Positions 51,252-61,277 of a DNA stretch of 64,000 nucleotides are shown here, piece after piece. The first letter of the stretch is position 1; each line of letters starts with the position of its first letter. Source of the DNA: an uncultured Candidatus Binatia bacterium (GTDB lineage Bacteria > Desulfobacterota > Binatia > UBA9968 > CAXXLF01); NCBI GenBank assembly GCA_965218425.1, contig OZ244621.1, forward strand, positions 2,560,001 to 2,624,000. Reading direction: 5' to 3'. Position numbers and translations under genes: made by a program. Under the pieces are notes generated by a model. The model ran no database searches. It worked only from the letters and a program-made list of their open reading frames with translations, and was not told the origin of the DNA.

Positions 51252-51931
51252 TCAATGGGGGTCAGGGGTACTGGTGCACTCCGCCTGCCAAGCCACGGCA
51301 ACTTGCTACATTCGAATCGTGGCTGTCAACCCATCTTACAGGTCCTGAGAGGCGAATCTCAACGGAAGATTGAGACAGCAAATGAGGACTTTCACCTTGG
51401 AGCAGATAAGCACTTGATATCATTTCGCAATGTTGTCTGTGGCACCAGAGATTATGGCTGGCAATGAACCGAAGGGTTGACCCATACCTGTTGGCCAGGT
51501 TGATTTTATAACCGAACCAATGGCAACCGGTAATTTTCACTCCCAGCCAATCTTTGAGCCATTTTCGTTTGACGTAACCGTGCCGGTTGTCGGCCTTGCT
51601 CTAACTCTCCCATATTTTCAATTGAGTTCGTTACGACTGCGCGGAAAAGTCTTGCGCTGATCGTATTTTGATCGTTGCGGGGGTTGTCCCAACGGGCATC
51701 CGATCGCAATCGTGTGCGTCTTGGCCGTCAATCCATACGGGACCTTTAGGGTAGCTGCGAACTTCCGAACAAAACACCAGCCACGGCTGAAACTTCAGTC
51801 CCGGGAACACGCATCACGCGCTTAATATTGTCGGATCGGGGTTGACTGTGATCTCCTTCCGGTGCTAGTTTTCCTCCAGGCTGATTTTGGTCAACCAAGA
51901 GATTGAACAATAAGGAAAGGGGAATGTTTGC

Positions 51932-52315
51932 ATGGCTAAATTAAGAGAGATTATTACTGTACCTGGAATGCCCCATGGCGCCCCGATTCCCAATGGAGCG
52001 AAGATCGGCAACATGGTTTTCTCCTCTGCCATTGCTGGACGGGATGTGGAGAAAAAGGCGCTTCCTGACGACCCGGATGAGCAGGCGGCGGCAATGTTCA
52101 AAAACCTCAGGACCTTTATGCAAAACGCTGGGGGGACCCCGGATAACATCGCCCACATGACCGTGTTCATGAAGGATGAGAAATACCGCGACAACATAAA
52201 CAAGGAGTGGGAGAAGATGTTTCCCAATGAAGATGATCGACCCGCAAGGCATGCCCTCAAGGCGGAGTTGCGTGGGGCGATGCTTTTTCAAATTGAGGTC
52301 ATCGCTGTTCTTTGA
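51932..52315 (+). CDS. RidA-family protein
   Basis: INKEWEKMFP…RPARHA…IEVIAVL. Confidence 0.88.
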   Translation: MAKLREIITVPGMPHGAPIPNGAKIGNMVFSSAIAGRDVEKKALPDDPDEQAAAMFKNLRTFMQNAGGTPDNIAHMTVFMKDEKYRDNINKEWEKMFPNEDDRPARHALKAELRGAMLFQIEVIAVL

Positions 52316-52423
52316 CCAACCCCTATCACCGCGCCATTTGATTCCATGATGGAACTAGGCGGTCTTTCGGCGAGTGGGGGAACTGACGAGTTTGTAGCAG
52401 GGTTCGGACATAGGAGGTAGTGA

Positions 52424-52948
52424 ATGAATCAAGAGATCGGTAAACAATTTCCGGATCTGGAGTTGCCGGATCAGGACAATAACAAGGTCAAGCTGTCCGC
52501 CATTGCCAATGGCCAGCCACTTTTTGTCACCTTCTATCGGGGTTACTGGTGACCGAAATGCCAGGTCCAGTTACGGAACCTGACACAGATCCAGGAAGAG
52601 TTTCGCATAGGCTATAGCAAGCTTGCAGTTATCAGCGTTGATCCGCCGGAGGTCAGCGCGGCATTCAGAGTCGGACTTGGGGCCACGTTTCCCTTTCTGA
52701 GCGACAAGGATAAGACGGCCATTGAGCAATTGGATATCGTGAATATCTCGAAAGGTCATGATAACGTGCCGGGTCGCGGCGCCATCGCCATTCCTTATTC
52801 TTTTACTCTGATGCCGGACTTTACGGTCCATAACATCTACAACGGTTATTGGTTTTTTGGTCGCCCGACAGTGGAGGAGGTAAGACAGGATCTGCGCGAG
52901 ATTTTGAAGAAGTGCCGGCCGGACTACGATCTGCAACAGGGACAGTAA
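52424..52948 (+). CDS. Peroxiredoxin-like (AhpC/TSA) selenoprotein, UxxC motif
   Basis: RBS ggagg. FPDLELPDQ…FYRGYW-TGA(52550)-PKC, and the frame stays open to 52948. Hairpin just after the UGA. Confidence 0.85.
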
Positions 52949-53075
52949 GGTTGCCCTGCAGACCCAAAGGCCCTGCCCTGAAATAGATTAGACGCATGGT
53001 AGCCGGGACAAGGGGGGTAAAAGGCAGGCAGTTCTGAGATCACTTAGAAGTAGGGGGTTACTATCAGCAGTTTTT

Positions 53076-53113
53076 AAAGAGCGAGGTCATTCATCTGACC
53101 TCGCTCTTTTTTT
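53076..53113. terminator. Intrinsic terminator between convergent genes
   Basis: aaagagcgaggtca…tgacctcgctcttttttt. Confidence 0.8.
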
Positions 53114-53147
53114 ACCTAGCCGGTGACTGGGGCTCTCTAACTAAGAA

Positions 53148-54293
53148 CTAGCGCCTCGGCGTTCCACCACCCTTGAGCCACAGATCATTCCAGAACTCAT
53201 AAACCTTGGGCAGCACAGTGGTCTCAAGAGCTGGTTCTCTATAACTCATCCTTCTACCAAGGATCTGGTCGGGCCAGGGATTGAACTCACGGCGCATAAG
53301 GTCCTGCCGAACAGGGGGAATATTTCCGGCAAGCCAGTTGGAAATTTGACCTTCCTTGCTCAACATCCAGTTCATGAAGATCCTGGCGGCGTGGGTATTG
53401 GGGGATTTCTTGAGAATAATGGCCTCTTCCAGTGCGACGGGTACCGGTTCGGGGCATGTGTATCCAATGGGTGCTCCCCGCAAGGCAATCTGCTTCGTTC
53501 GTGCTTCGCCCGCCGGTACGGCTCCATGCATCTCACCGGCTGCCACCAACTGTCCGACGGCGTTCATGCCCTCCTTGCGAAGCTGCGGTTTCAGTTCTTT
53601 AAACAGCCGGGTTAAGAAGTTCTTCGTCCAGCTGGCTCCCTCCGAGTTCCACAGTTGCAAGGCCCAGAGGTTGGGACGATTTCCCAGACCCAGATTCCCG
53701 TTGCCCCATCTGGGGTGGATGAGGCCATCCCAGGTTTTTGGTAAATCCTTTTTTTTGACCAATCGGGTGTTGTACGACAGGCACCAGTATCGTGTGTTGA
53801 TGCCGGTCCAAAGACCGTTGGGGTCCCTGGCTTGCTTGGGCAATCTATTGACTGCGGGGATGATACGTAGATCCTGTACTGCGTTTGCGGCCTTCCATTG
53901 AAGAAAGGTCCCCCCCACGCCAAATACGATATCGGTCCCAATCCGCCCGGCTCTATAGGCGATAATGATTCTAACCTTTTGCCTGCGGCTCACCACATTA
54001 TGAGTCGTGGAGATAAAGGGATATCGCTCCCTGAAAGGCGCGAGCAGCGTCTTGGCCTCTCTTGGTGTTGCGGTTGAGGTTACCTTGAGTTTTCCTTCTT
54101 TTTTTGCCTTTTCAATCCACTCTTGCGGGACTTTAAGGTCCTGGTCGAGCCCGGAAAGAATGGATGAGTCGAGTTTGAGCTTCTTGAGCATTTTCTGCGT
54201 TGCTTTCGGTAGTGGATCCGAAAGGGCATTGAGGGGCAGGGTCAGAGTGGCTACGAGGGCCAGAGAAAATAATATTGATCCGTTGAGCTTCAT
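53148..54293 (-). CDS. ABC transporter substrate-binding protein (iron/thiamine/polyamine-type fold)
   Basis: Signal peptide. AKKEGKL, YNTRLV, LPKTW, WMLSKEGQ. Confidence 0.88.
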   Translation of the reverse strand: MKLNGSILFSLALVATLTLPLNALSDPLPKATQKMLKKLKLDSSILSGLDQDLKVPQEWIEKAKKEGKLKVTSTATPREAKTLLAPFRERYPFISTTHNVVSRRQKVRIIIAYRAGRIGTDIVFGVGGTFLQWKAANAVQDLRIIPAVNRLPKQARDPNGLWTGINTRYWCLSYNTRLVKKKDLPKTWDGLIHPRWGNGNLGLGNRPNLWALQLWNSEGASWTKNFLTRLFKELKPQLRKEGMNAVGQLVAAGEMHGAVPAGEARTKQIALRGAPIGYTCPEPVPVALEEAIILKKSPNTHAARIFMNWMLSKEGQISNWLAGNIPPVRQDLMRREFNPWPDQILGRRMSYREPALETTVLPKVYEFWNDLWLKGGGTPRR

Positions 54294-54345
54294 AGATAAA
54301 AACGTCCTCCAAATTAATTTTAATTCAAACGAGCAAATGGCAAAT

Positions 54346-55446
54346 TCAAGTTTTAATGGCGCGACAACGGTCCGGGGGAAGTTCCAAATGAACCACATCT
54401 CCTGGAACCAGGGAAGAAGAGGGGTGGAGCTTCACCTTAATGCTCTGGCCTCCGGTGATGACTCGACACTCCAGCGTATCACCCATGAAGATCACGGCGT
54501 CCACGTTTGCATCTAGGATGTTGCCAGACGAGGAGGCGTTGTCGCTCACCAGGTTTGCGTCTTCGGGTCGCACGAGAATCACTACACTTTCTCCCACTCC
54601 AACGCCATCGGGGAGAGTGCATTTGAGCACGCCCCCGGAGGTTTTTACTTCACCAAATGAGCTGCCGTTTTCCGGCAACTGGTGAACCTTGCCTTCGAGG
54701 AAGTTGGCCAGTCCAATGAAGTTGGCCACAAACCGTTCCCGGGGAGCCTGGTAGATCTCATTGGGAGGCGCTTCCTGGGCAATCTGGCCCTGGTTGATCA
54801 CCGCCACCACGTCGGACATGGTCAGGGCCTCCAGCTGATCATGGGTCACATAGAGGGTGGTAATGTTCAAACGATTAACTAACTCACGCACCTCGAGACG
54901 AGTCTCCTCTCTGAGCTTAGCGTCCAGATTGCTGAGAGGTTCATCCAATAGCAACACCCGTGGCTCTTTCACCAGGGCGCGGGCCAGGGCCAGACGTTGC
55001 TGTTGCCCGCCGCTGAGAAACGGGGCGGGACGATCCTCCAGACCGCTTAATTGGACCAGAGAAAGCGCCTTGAGGACCTTTTCATGAATCTCCTTTTTGG
55101 AAAACCTGCGGCTCATTTCCTCCAGCGGGAAGGCGACGTTGTCGAATACCGTCATGTGAGGCCAGATGGCGTAGGACTGAAAGACCATGCCAATATCCCG
55201 CTTGTAGGGGGGGATGGAAATTCCCTTGGAAGAAGAAAAGACTAAATCATCGCCGATATAGATCTCCCCTTCTTCCGGTGTCTCCAAGCCGGCCACGGAC
55301 CTGAGGGTCGTGGTCTTACCGCATCCGCTTGGACCCAGCATGGTATAGAATTCACCCGGTTTGACCGTTAAGCTGATCCCACGCACGGCGTGGACCTCTC
55401 CCATGTCCGAGTGGTAGCGCATGTGGAGGTTTTCGATACGAATCAT
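54346..55446 (-). CDS. ABC transporter ATP-binding protein with TOBE domain
   Basis: [22 protein letters not shown]. Confidence 0.93.
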   Translation of the reverse strand: MIRIENLHMRYHSDMGEVHAVRGISLTVKPGEFYTMLGPSGCGKTTTLRSVAGLETPEEGEIYIGDDLVFSSSKGISIPPYKRDIGMVFQSYAIWPHMTVFDNVAFPLEEMSRRFSKKEIHEKVLKALSLVQLSGLEDRPAPFLSGGQQQRLALARALVKEPRVLLLDEPLSNLDAKLREETRLEVRELVNRLNITTLYVTHDQLEALTMSDVVAVINQGQIAQEAPPNEIYQAPRERFVANFIGLANFLEGKVHQLPENGSSFGEVKTSGGVLKCTLPDGVGVGESVVILVRPEDANLVSDNASSSGNILDANVDAVIFMGDTLECRVITGGQSIKVKLHPSSSLVPGDVVHLELPPDRCRAIKT

Positions 55447-55582
55447 TCAGTTCTCCCAAATCTTTGTTGCAGCCGAAATCCGTAAGGGAAACCACCCGGC
55501 GAATTATTTACAAACCCAGAATTATGGGTGTTCACTTGGAGATATCCGACCTCATTATTCTGAATTAGCGCCACCTTTGACC

Positions 55583-56743
55583 CTATCTCCTTCTGCGACG
55601 CGGTGCGCCACCGCCGCTCAGCCAGAGCTTGCTCCAGAACTTGGATAAATCCGGCATCACCTTCATTTCGAATTCACGATTCCTAAAGCTTTCTTCCCTG
55701 CCCAGAATCTGATCGCGGAAGGGGAGCATGTGTGCCCGGAGCTCGTCGCTTAGGGGGGTGGCGTACTCGAAAGCATATTGGGCGATTTGCCCTTCTATGC
55801 TTAGCAGCCAGTTTAAGAAAACCTTGGCCGTCGGCACATTGCCACCCCTTAAGATCACTGCGTCTTCCGTTGACGCTGGAACGGGCTCGGGGCAAGTAAA
55901 ACCGATGGGGGCGCCGTCCAATTTGAGCTGGTAGGGACGTTTGTTGTTTGACGGCATGGCGCCGTGAAATTCGCCCGCGGCAGTAAGTTGCGGCAAGACG
56001 TTCATGCCTTCTTTCCTAAGCTGGGGCTTCACCTCTGTAAATAGTCGCGTGATGAAGTTTTTGGTCCACTTCTCACCCTTGGCCGCCCACAGGGCGACAA
56101 AAACCAGTTGGGGGCGGTTTCCCAGGGCCAGATTGCCCCCCCGCCATTTAGGATTGGTGATGAGATCCTCCCATTTCTTCGGGAGATCCTGTTTCTTCAC
56201 CAAGCGGGTATTATACGACATGCACCAGAAGTTGCTGTTGATGCCCGTCCAAAGACCGCTTGGGTCCTTGGCCTTTGCGCCGATCCTTTGAACATTTGGA
56301 ACATCGCTGAGATCCACTAAAGCGCCGGCGGCCTTATACTCATGTATGAACCCGCCGATGCTGGTCATGAAATCCGCCAGGATGCGCCCGCTTTTATATG
56401 CCATCAGTGTTTTCACGGACCGGGTTTGTTGGTTCGTGCCGGAGAACTCGATTTCGATAAACGGGTAACGTTCTTTAAAGGGTCCTAGCAGGGTTCTCAA
56501 CTCGCTGGGCCGGGCGGGAGTGGATCTGATTCTAAGCTTTCCATTTGCCTTAGCCTTCTCAATCCATTCCTTGGGCATCTCCAGTTCCTGATCGATATTT
56601 GCCAGTAGGGAAGAGGAGAGATTAAACTGTTCTAATAGCTTCTGGGTGGCTTTTGGGAGAGGTGCGGAGAAACTTTTTTCCAGGGGTAGAAGGAAAAGGA
56701 CCAGCAACCAGAAGATTGCCATCAGGGTTTGCATTTTCTTCAT
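55583..56743 (-). CDS. ABC transporter substrate-binding protein (paralogue)
   Basis: Same motifs as 53148-54293. Confidence 0.88.
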   Translation of the reverse strand: MKKMQTLMAIFWLLVLFLLPLEKSFSAPLPKATQKLLEQFNLSSSLLANIDQELEMPKEWIEKAKANGKLRIRSTPARPSELRTLLGPFKERYPFIEIEFSGTNQQTRSVKTLMAYKSGRILADFMTSIGGFIHEYKAAGALVDLSDVPNVQRIGAKAKDPSGLWTGINSNFWCMSYNTRLVKKQDLPKKWEDLITNPKWRGGNLALGNRPQLVFVALWAAKGEKWTKNFITRLFTEVKPQLRKEGMNVLPQLTAAGEFHGAMPSNNKRPYQLKLDGAPIGFTCPEPVPASTEDAVILRGGNVPTAKVFLNWLLSIEGQIAQYAFEYATPLSDELRAHMLPFRDQILGREESFRNREFEMKVMPDLSKFWSKLWLSGGGAPRRRRR

Positions 56744-56920
56744 TCCCGCTCTCCTTTCCCTTCACGCCCAAGAACGTAGCAGTATACTCGTGTATTACAC
56801 GGAACTGTATAAAGTCAAGCCCTTAAGATTTCGGCCTTTTTTAATTTTTCTCTTCCGAAGGCGGATATTTGACAATGCACCATGGTTCCCGTAAGAAGAT
56901 CCCAAAGGGGGAGTGATGTT

Positions 56921-58057
56921 ATGGCCGAAGAACAACATGATTTTTTAAGTCTCGCAAAGGCCTATGACCATTGGGTGGAATCCCACGGTGTGCCGGTTCA
57001 TGCGGGATATTACATCGAGGACCTGCGCGCTTTGGAGCTGGGTTGGTGGGAGGAACGTCAATGCAACGCGGCCTTTCTCAAACTCACGGGACAGGAAGGC
57101 ATAAGTGAAGCTCGAGTTACGCAGATCCCTGCCGGCAAAACGCTACCCCCCATGAGGTTCGCCCTGGACGAGATCATCTACGTGGTGGAGGGGCGAGGCC
57201 TCACCACGGTCTGGGGAGGCGAGGGAACTACCAAAAAAACTTTTGAATGGCAAAAGCACAGCATGTTTCTAATACCGCGGAATTCTTTTAGACAGCTCAG
57301 CAACATGCAGGGGAATAGTCCCGTCAGGCTGTTGCACTATAATTTCCTTCCCATCGCCATGTCCCTTACACCGGATCCCAATTTCTTTTTCAATAATTCT
57401 TTTGCAGCAGAGTTGAACGGTGTGGACGGTCCGGAAGAGGATTTTTACTCCCAAGCCAAAAGGGTCAAGGGTGGATTAGGGGGGCTTAGCAACCGGGACA
57501 TCTGGTATGGCAATTTCTTTCCGGATATGCGCAGTTGGGACAAGCTAAACGCTCAAACCGGCAGGGGCGGTGGTAGCAAAGTGGTCCATATCCGGTTTCC
57601 CAGTGCCACCATCAACTCTCACATGTCCGTCTTTCCGGCCCAGAGTTATAAAAAGGCCCATCGTCATGGACCAGGGGTCGTCATTGTGATTCCCACGGGT
57701 GAAGGCTACTCTATCATGTGGCAGGAGGGAAAGGACAAGATCGTTATCCCCTGGCACGAGGCCAGCGTTTTCGTGCCTCCCAACCGGTGGTTTCATCAAC
57801 ACTTCAATGTGGACTCAGCTCCCGCGCGGTACCTTGCCCTGCGCACCCCGTCCGCCTTGAGCGGCTACAGCGAGCGAGTGGAGGACAGAAAACGGGATCA
57901 AATCGAATATCCCGATGAGGATCCGTGGATCAAGGAAAGGTTCGAGCAGGAGCTTGCCAAAAAAGATCTCAAGTCCCTGATGCCGGTGGAGGCCTATCGC
58001 GACCGGGACTACGAGTGGGATTACCAGGCAAGCTCAACTGAATCCATTAAACCATAG
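56921..58057 (+). CDS. Cupin-domain protein (gentisate-dioxygenase-like bicupin)
   Basis: KKAHRHGPG and WFHQHFN metal motifs. Confidence 0.85.
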   Translation: MAEEQHDFLSLAKAYDHWVESHGVPVHAGYYIEDLRALELGWWEERQCNAAFLKLTGQEGISEARVTQIPAGKTLPPMRFALDEIIYVVEGRGLTTVWGGEGTTKKTFEWQKHSMFLIPRNSFRQLSNMQGNSPVRLLHYNFLPIAMSLTPDPNFFFNNSFAAELNGVDGPEEDFYSQAKRVKGGLGGLSNRDIWYGNFFPDMRSWDKLNAQTGRGGGSKVVHIRFPSATINSHMSVFPAQSYKKAHRHGPGVVIVIPTGEGYSIMWQEGKDKIVIPWHEASVFVPPNRWFHQHFNVDSAPARYLALRTPSALSGYSERVEDRKRDQIEYPDEDPWIKERFEQELAKKDLKSLMPVEAYRDRDYEWDYQASSTESIKP

Positions 58058-58093
58058 ACACGGAAAGCCGGTTCGGTCTGACGGAAGGCGAAT

Positions 58094-58261
58094 CTAGGGC
58101 TCGACCCTGAGTGGTGGCCGTGGATTTCCTTCTCTTGCCGTAAACTCGCGGGAGCAAAAGGGGCACTGGCACGGCGCATCCGGGTTTCCTGCATACTCGG
58201 CGCGCTCCACGTAAAACTCCCCCTGACATGCCGGGCAATTCACATAGCTTACTTTGTCCAT
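58094..58261 (-). CDS. 55-aa zinc-ribbon protein (absent from the ORF track)
   Basis: MDKVSYVNCPACQGEFYVERAEYAGNPDAPCQCPFCSREF…, starting 10 nt after the UbiD stop. Confidence 0.75.
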   Translation of the reverse strand: MDKVSYVNCPACQGEFYVERAEYAGNPDAPCQCPFCSREFTAREGNPRPPLRVEP

Positions 58262-58270
58262 GATTATTCT

Positions 58271-59674
58271 TTACCGATAGGTTCCTTTCCCGTTGGGTAG
58301 ATAATCTTTCAGTTGGATTCGGTCCATCACCTCCTGTGGGATGAACGAGCGCTGTTCGTAAACCGCTGGAGGACATGGAATGGTGCAATCAATTCCTGCC
58401 CGGGTACCCAAACCCCGGCCCGTGGTGGTTGGTTCCAGATTGCTGGCGTGGAGGTTGGGGACCACGATGAGATCCTTGGCCCAATCGGAACGGGTATCGA
58501 TGGCCCACTGCACCTCCTGCTCGTCCCAGATATCCACGTCTTCATCAAATACGAAGCAGTGTTTAATACCGTCCTGTAGAGACAGGGCGGCCATGATTGC
58601 CATGCGCGGTTGGGAGTCATGGGTCTTTCGTATCTGGACGTACATGTGATGTGGGGCAGGCATGGGTCGGTAGACGTTTAGGAGTTGCGGGACCACACGC
58701 TTAACCGCTTCGTAGACGGAACCTTCTCTGCGCAACGCCCCGATTTGATCGTCGGCATAACCGGTGAGGATTGAGACCCAATGGGCGTTTTCCCGGTGGC
58801 TGATGCAGGTGACTTCCATATAGGGATTGAGTCGCTGGGCGCCAAAATATCTGGTGTATTCTCCAAAGGGACCCTCCGGTTTCAGCTTGCCCCGCGGCAC
58901 GATCCCTTCGATGACGAATTCAGCATCCGCGGGAACCAAAAAGTCATCCCCCAGTGTCTCTGAAGGGACCAACCGCAATGGCTCACCCATGCAGCCGCCG
59001 GCTGTATCCCAGTGACTCAGTGGATATCCCATCTTCGCTTCTGCTCCCATGCATACCCCAGGGTGATGACCGGTCCAGTAGGCCACCCGGGCGTCCTCGC
59101 CGCGTTCCTCCCACTTGCGAATGTTCCAGCGGTTGTGGCTGGCGCGATTGGGGAAGATGCGAAGCTCCTTTTGACCCAACAACCAGCCGCGCTGTAGGGC
59201 ACAGTTGTCGACGCCAGTTTCCGGGTCGTAGGTGGTCAAAAAACCGGCGGAGACATAAGGGCCTGGATCCCAGGCGGCGTGAATCAAGCCGGGAATTTCC
59301 TGCAGGTTGACCGAGTCGCCCGTTTTCACCACCTGTTTTACCAATGCTTCGCTACGGTTAACCACCACGGGTTTGATCCGTTTGGCCCGCATCTCGTAGA
59401 GGTCACGACCCAATTTTTCGAAAGTCGATCCCACTGCAAGGGCGGACCGTTGTCGGGATGCAAAGAGGTTCGTGACCACGGGAAAAGGAGAGATGTTCCC
59501 ATCCGCTCTTCTCAGGCGGTGAAAGATGAAGACCGGCGTTTCACGCAGTTCCTTCTGGGCCTTGAGGGTGATGGCAGAGGCGTCCCATTTGGCATTGACC
59601 TCCTGTTCCACATGAACCACAAGGTCAGGGTTGGTCTCTTCATATTTACGCAGGAACGTCTGCAAATCTTTCAT
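58271..59674 (-). CDS. UbiD-family (prFMN) decarboxylase
   Basis: MKDLQTFL, VPADAEFVIEG, EGPFGEY, DEDVDI. Confidence 0.93.
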   Translation of the reverse strand: MKDLQTFLRKYEETNPDLVVHVEQEVNAKWDASAITLKAQKELRETPVFIFHRLRRADGNISPFPVVTNLFASRQRSALAVGSTFEKLGRDLYEMRAKRIKPVVVNRSEALVKQVVKTGDSVNLQEIPGLIHAAWDPGPYVSAGFLTTYDPETGVDNCALQRGWLLGQKELRIFPNRASHNRWNIRKWEERGEDARVAYWTGHHPGVCMGAEAKMGYPLSHWDTAGGCMGEPLRLVPSETLGDDFLVPADAEFVIEGIVPRGKLKPEGPFGEYTRYFGAQRLNPYMEVTCISHRENAHWVSILTGYADDQIGALRREGSVYEAVKRVVPQLLNVYRPMPAPHHMYVQIRKTHDSQPRMAIMAALSLQDGIKHCFVFDEDVDIWDEQEVQWAIDTRSDWAKDLIVVPNLHASNLEPTTTGRGLGTRAGIDCTIPCPPAVYEQRSFIPQEVMDRIQLKDYLPNGKGTYR

Positions 59675-59759
59675 ATCCGCTCCTCAATCTGCTTGTAAAG
59701 TCTTTTGTCCATCTAACTCATATCCGAAATCGTTGCTGGCGTCTACCTTCAACCAGTGG

Positions 59760-61163
59760 TCAACGTTTGCTTCCCTTGGCGTCGGGTAAATAGTCCTTCA
59801 GTTGGATCCGGTCCATGACCTCTTTGGGAATGAAAGATCTCTGCTCGTAGACGGCGGGTGGGGAGGGGATGGTACAGTCAATCCCCGCCCGCGTTCCCAA
59901 TCCCTGTCCCGTAGTGGTGGGCTCCAGGTGGGTGGCCTCCAGGTTAGGAACCACAATAAGGTCCTTGGCCCAATCCGATCGAGTGTCAATGGCCCACTGG
60001 ACTTCCTGCTCATCAAAGATATCCACGTCTTCGTCAAATACGAATACATGTTTAATGGCGTCAGGTTGGGATAACGCAGCCATGATTGCCATTCGCGGTT
60101 GAGCATCGTGGCTTTTTCGAATCTGAATATAGATGTGGTGGGGCGCTGCCATGGGCCGATACACCGCCAGAACCTGGGGCACCACCCGTTTCACTGCCTC
60201 GAAGACAATGCCTTCCCGGCGTAGCGCTCCGATCTGATCGTCGGCATATCCGGTGATGATGGAAACCCAATGGGCATTCGTACGGTGGCTGATACAGGTG
60301 ACTTCCATGTACGGGTTCAGGCGTTGAGCGCCAAAGTATCTGGTGTATTCGCCAAAGGGTCCCTCCGGTTTGAGTTTTCCCCGCGGCACGATCCCTTCAA
60401 TGACGAACTCCGCGTCGGCGGGGACCAGGAAATCGTCCCCCAGGGTTTCCGAAGGTACCAGTCGTAATGGCTCACCCAGACAACCCCCCGCCGTTTCCCA
60501 ATGGCTCAATGGGTATCCCATTTTGGCCTCCGCCCCCATACACACGGCAGGATGATGACCGGTCCAGTAAGCCACCCGAGGGTCCTCGCCGCGTTGCTCA
60601 CACTTGTTCATGTTCCAGCGGTTGTGGCTGGCACGATTGGGAAAAATGCGCAGTTCGCGCTTGCCAACAAACCACCCGCGCTGCAGCGCGCAGTTGTCGA
60701 TTCCTGTGTCCGGATCATAGGTCGTAAGATACCCGGCGGACACATAAGGGCCGGGATCCCATGCAGCGTGGACTATGGCCGGAATCTCTTGCTGATTGAC
60801 AGAATCACCTTTGTGGACGACCTGCTTTACCGGAGCGTCGCTACGGCTCACCACCACCGGCTTGATTCGTTCTTCCCGCCTCTGGTAAAGGTCACGACCG
60901 ACCTGTTCAAAAGTTGATCCCGCCGCAAAGGCCGATCGTTGCCGGGATGCAAACAAATTGAGAACCAACGGTGACGGTGAGATTTCACCTATTGTGGTGC
61001 GGATGCGGTGGAAGATGAATACGGGCGGCTCACGCAGCTCTTTTTGCGCCTTGAGGGCGATGGCAGAGGCGTCCCACCGGGCGTTGACTTCCTGATCCAC
61101 ATGAACCACAAGTCCGGGATTTGCCGATTCGTATTCCCTCAGGAATGATTGTAAGTCTTTCAT
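59760..61163 (-). CDS. UbiD-family decarboxylase, tandem paralogue
   Basis: Same length (467 aa) and same motifs as 58271-59674. Confidence 0.93.
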   Translation of the reverse strand: MKDLQSFLREYESANPGLVVHVDQEVNARWDASAIALKAQKELREPPVFIFHRIRTTIGEISPSPLVLNLFASRQRSAFAAGSTFEQVGRDLYQRREERIKPVVVSRSDAPVKQVVHKGDSVNQQEIPAIVHAAWDPGPYVSAGYLTTYDPDTGIDNCALQRGWFVGKRELRIFPNRASHNRWNMNKCEQRGEDPRVAYWTGHHPAVCMGAEAKMGYPLSHWETAGGCLGEPLRLVPSETLGDDFLVPADAEFVIEGIVPRGKLKPEGPFGEYTRYFGAQRLNPYMEVTCISHRTNAHWVSIITGYADDQIGALRREGIVFEAVKRVVPQVLAVYRPMAAPHHIYIQIRKSHDAQPRMAIMAALSQPDAIKHVFVFDEDVDIFDEQEVQWAIDTRSDWAKDLIVVPNLEATHLEPTTTGQGLGTRAGIDCTIPSPPAVYEQRSFIPKEVMDRIQLKDYLPDAKGSKR

Positions 61164-61277
61164 CTTTGGTCCTTATTTATGTGGAGTCCGGTTGTTTGAG
61201 CTGCCATTGAACAGACGACTTCAAATTTCAAGTCGATTTCGGAACGTTTCCGATCACCCGAGGAGAATACGCTAGCC

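Noticed and set aside
58085..58225. Riboswitch or ncRNA between the cupin and UbiD
   Set aside because: Better explained by the minus-strand zinc-ribbon CDS.
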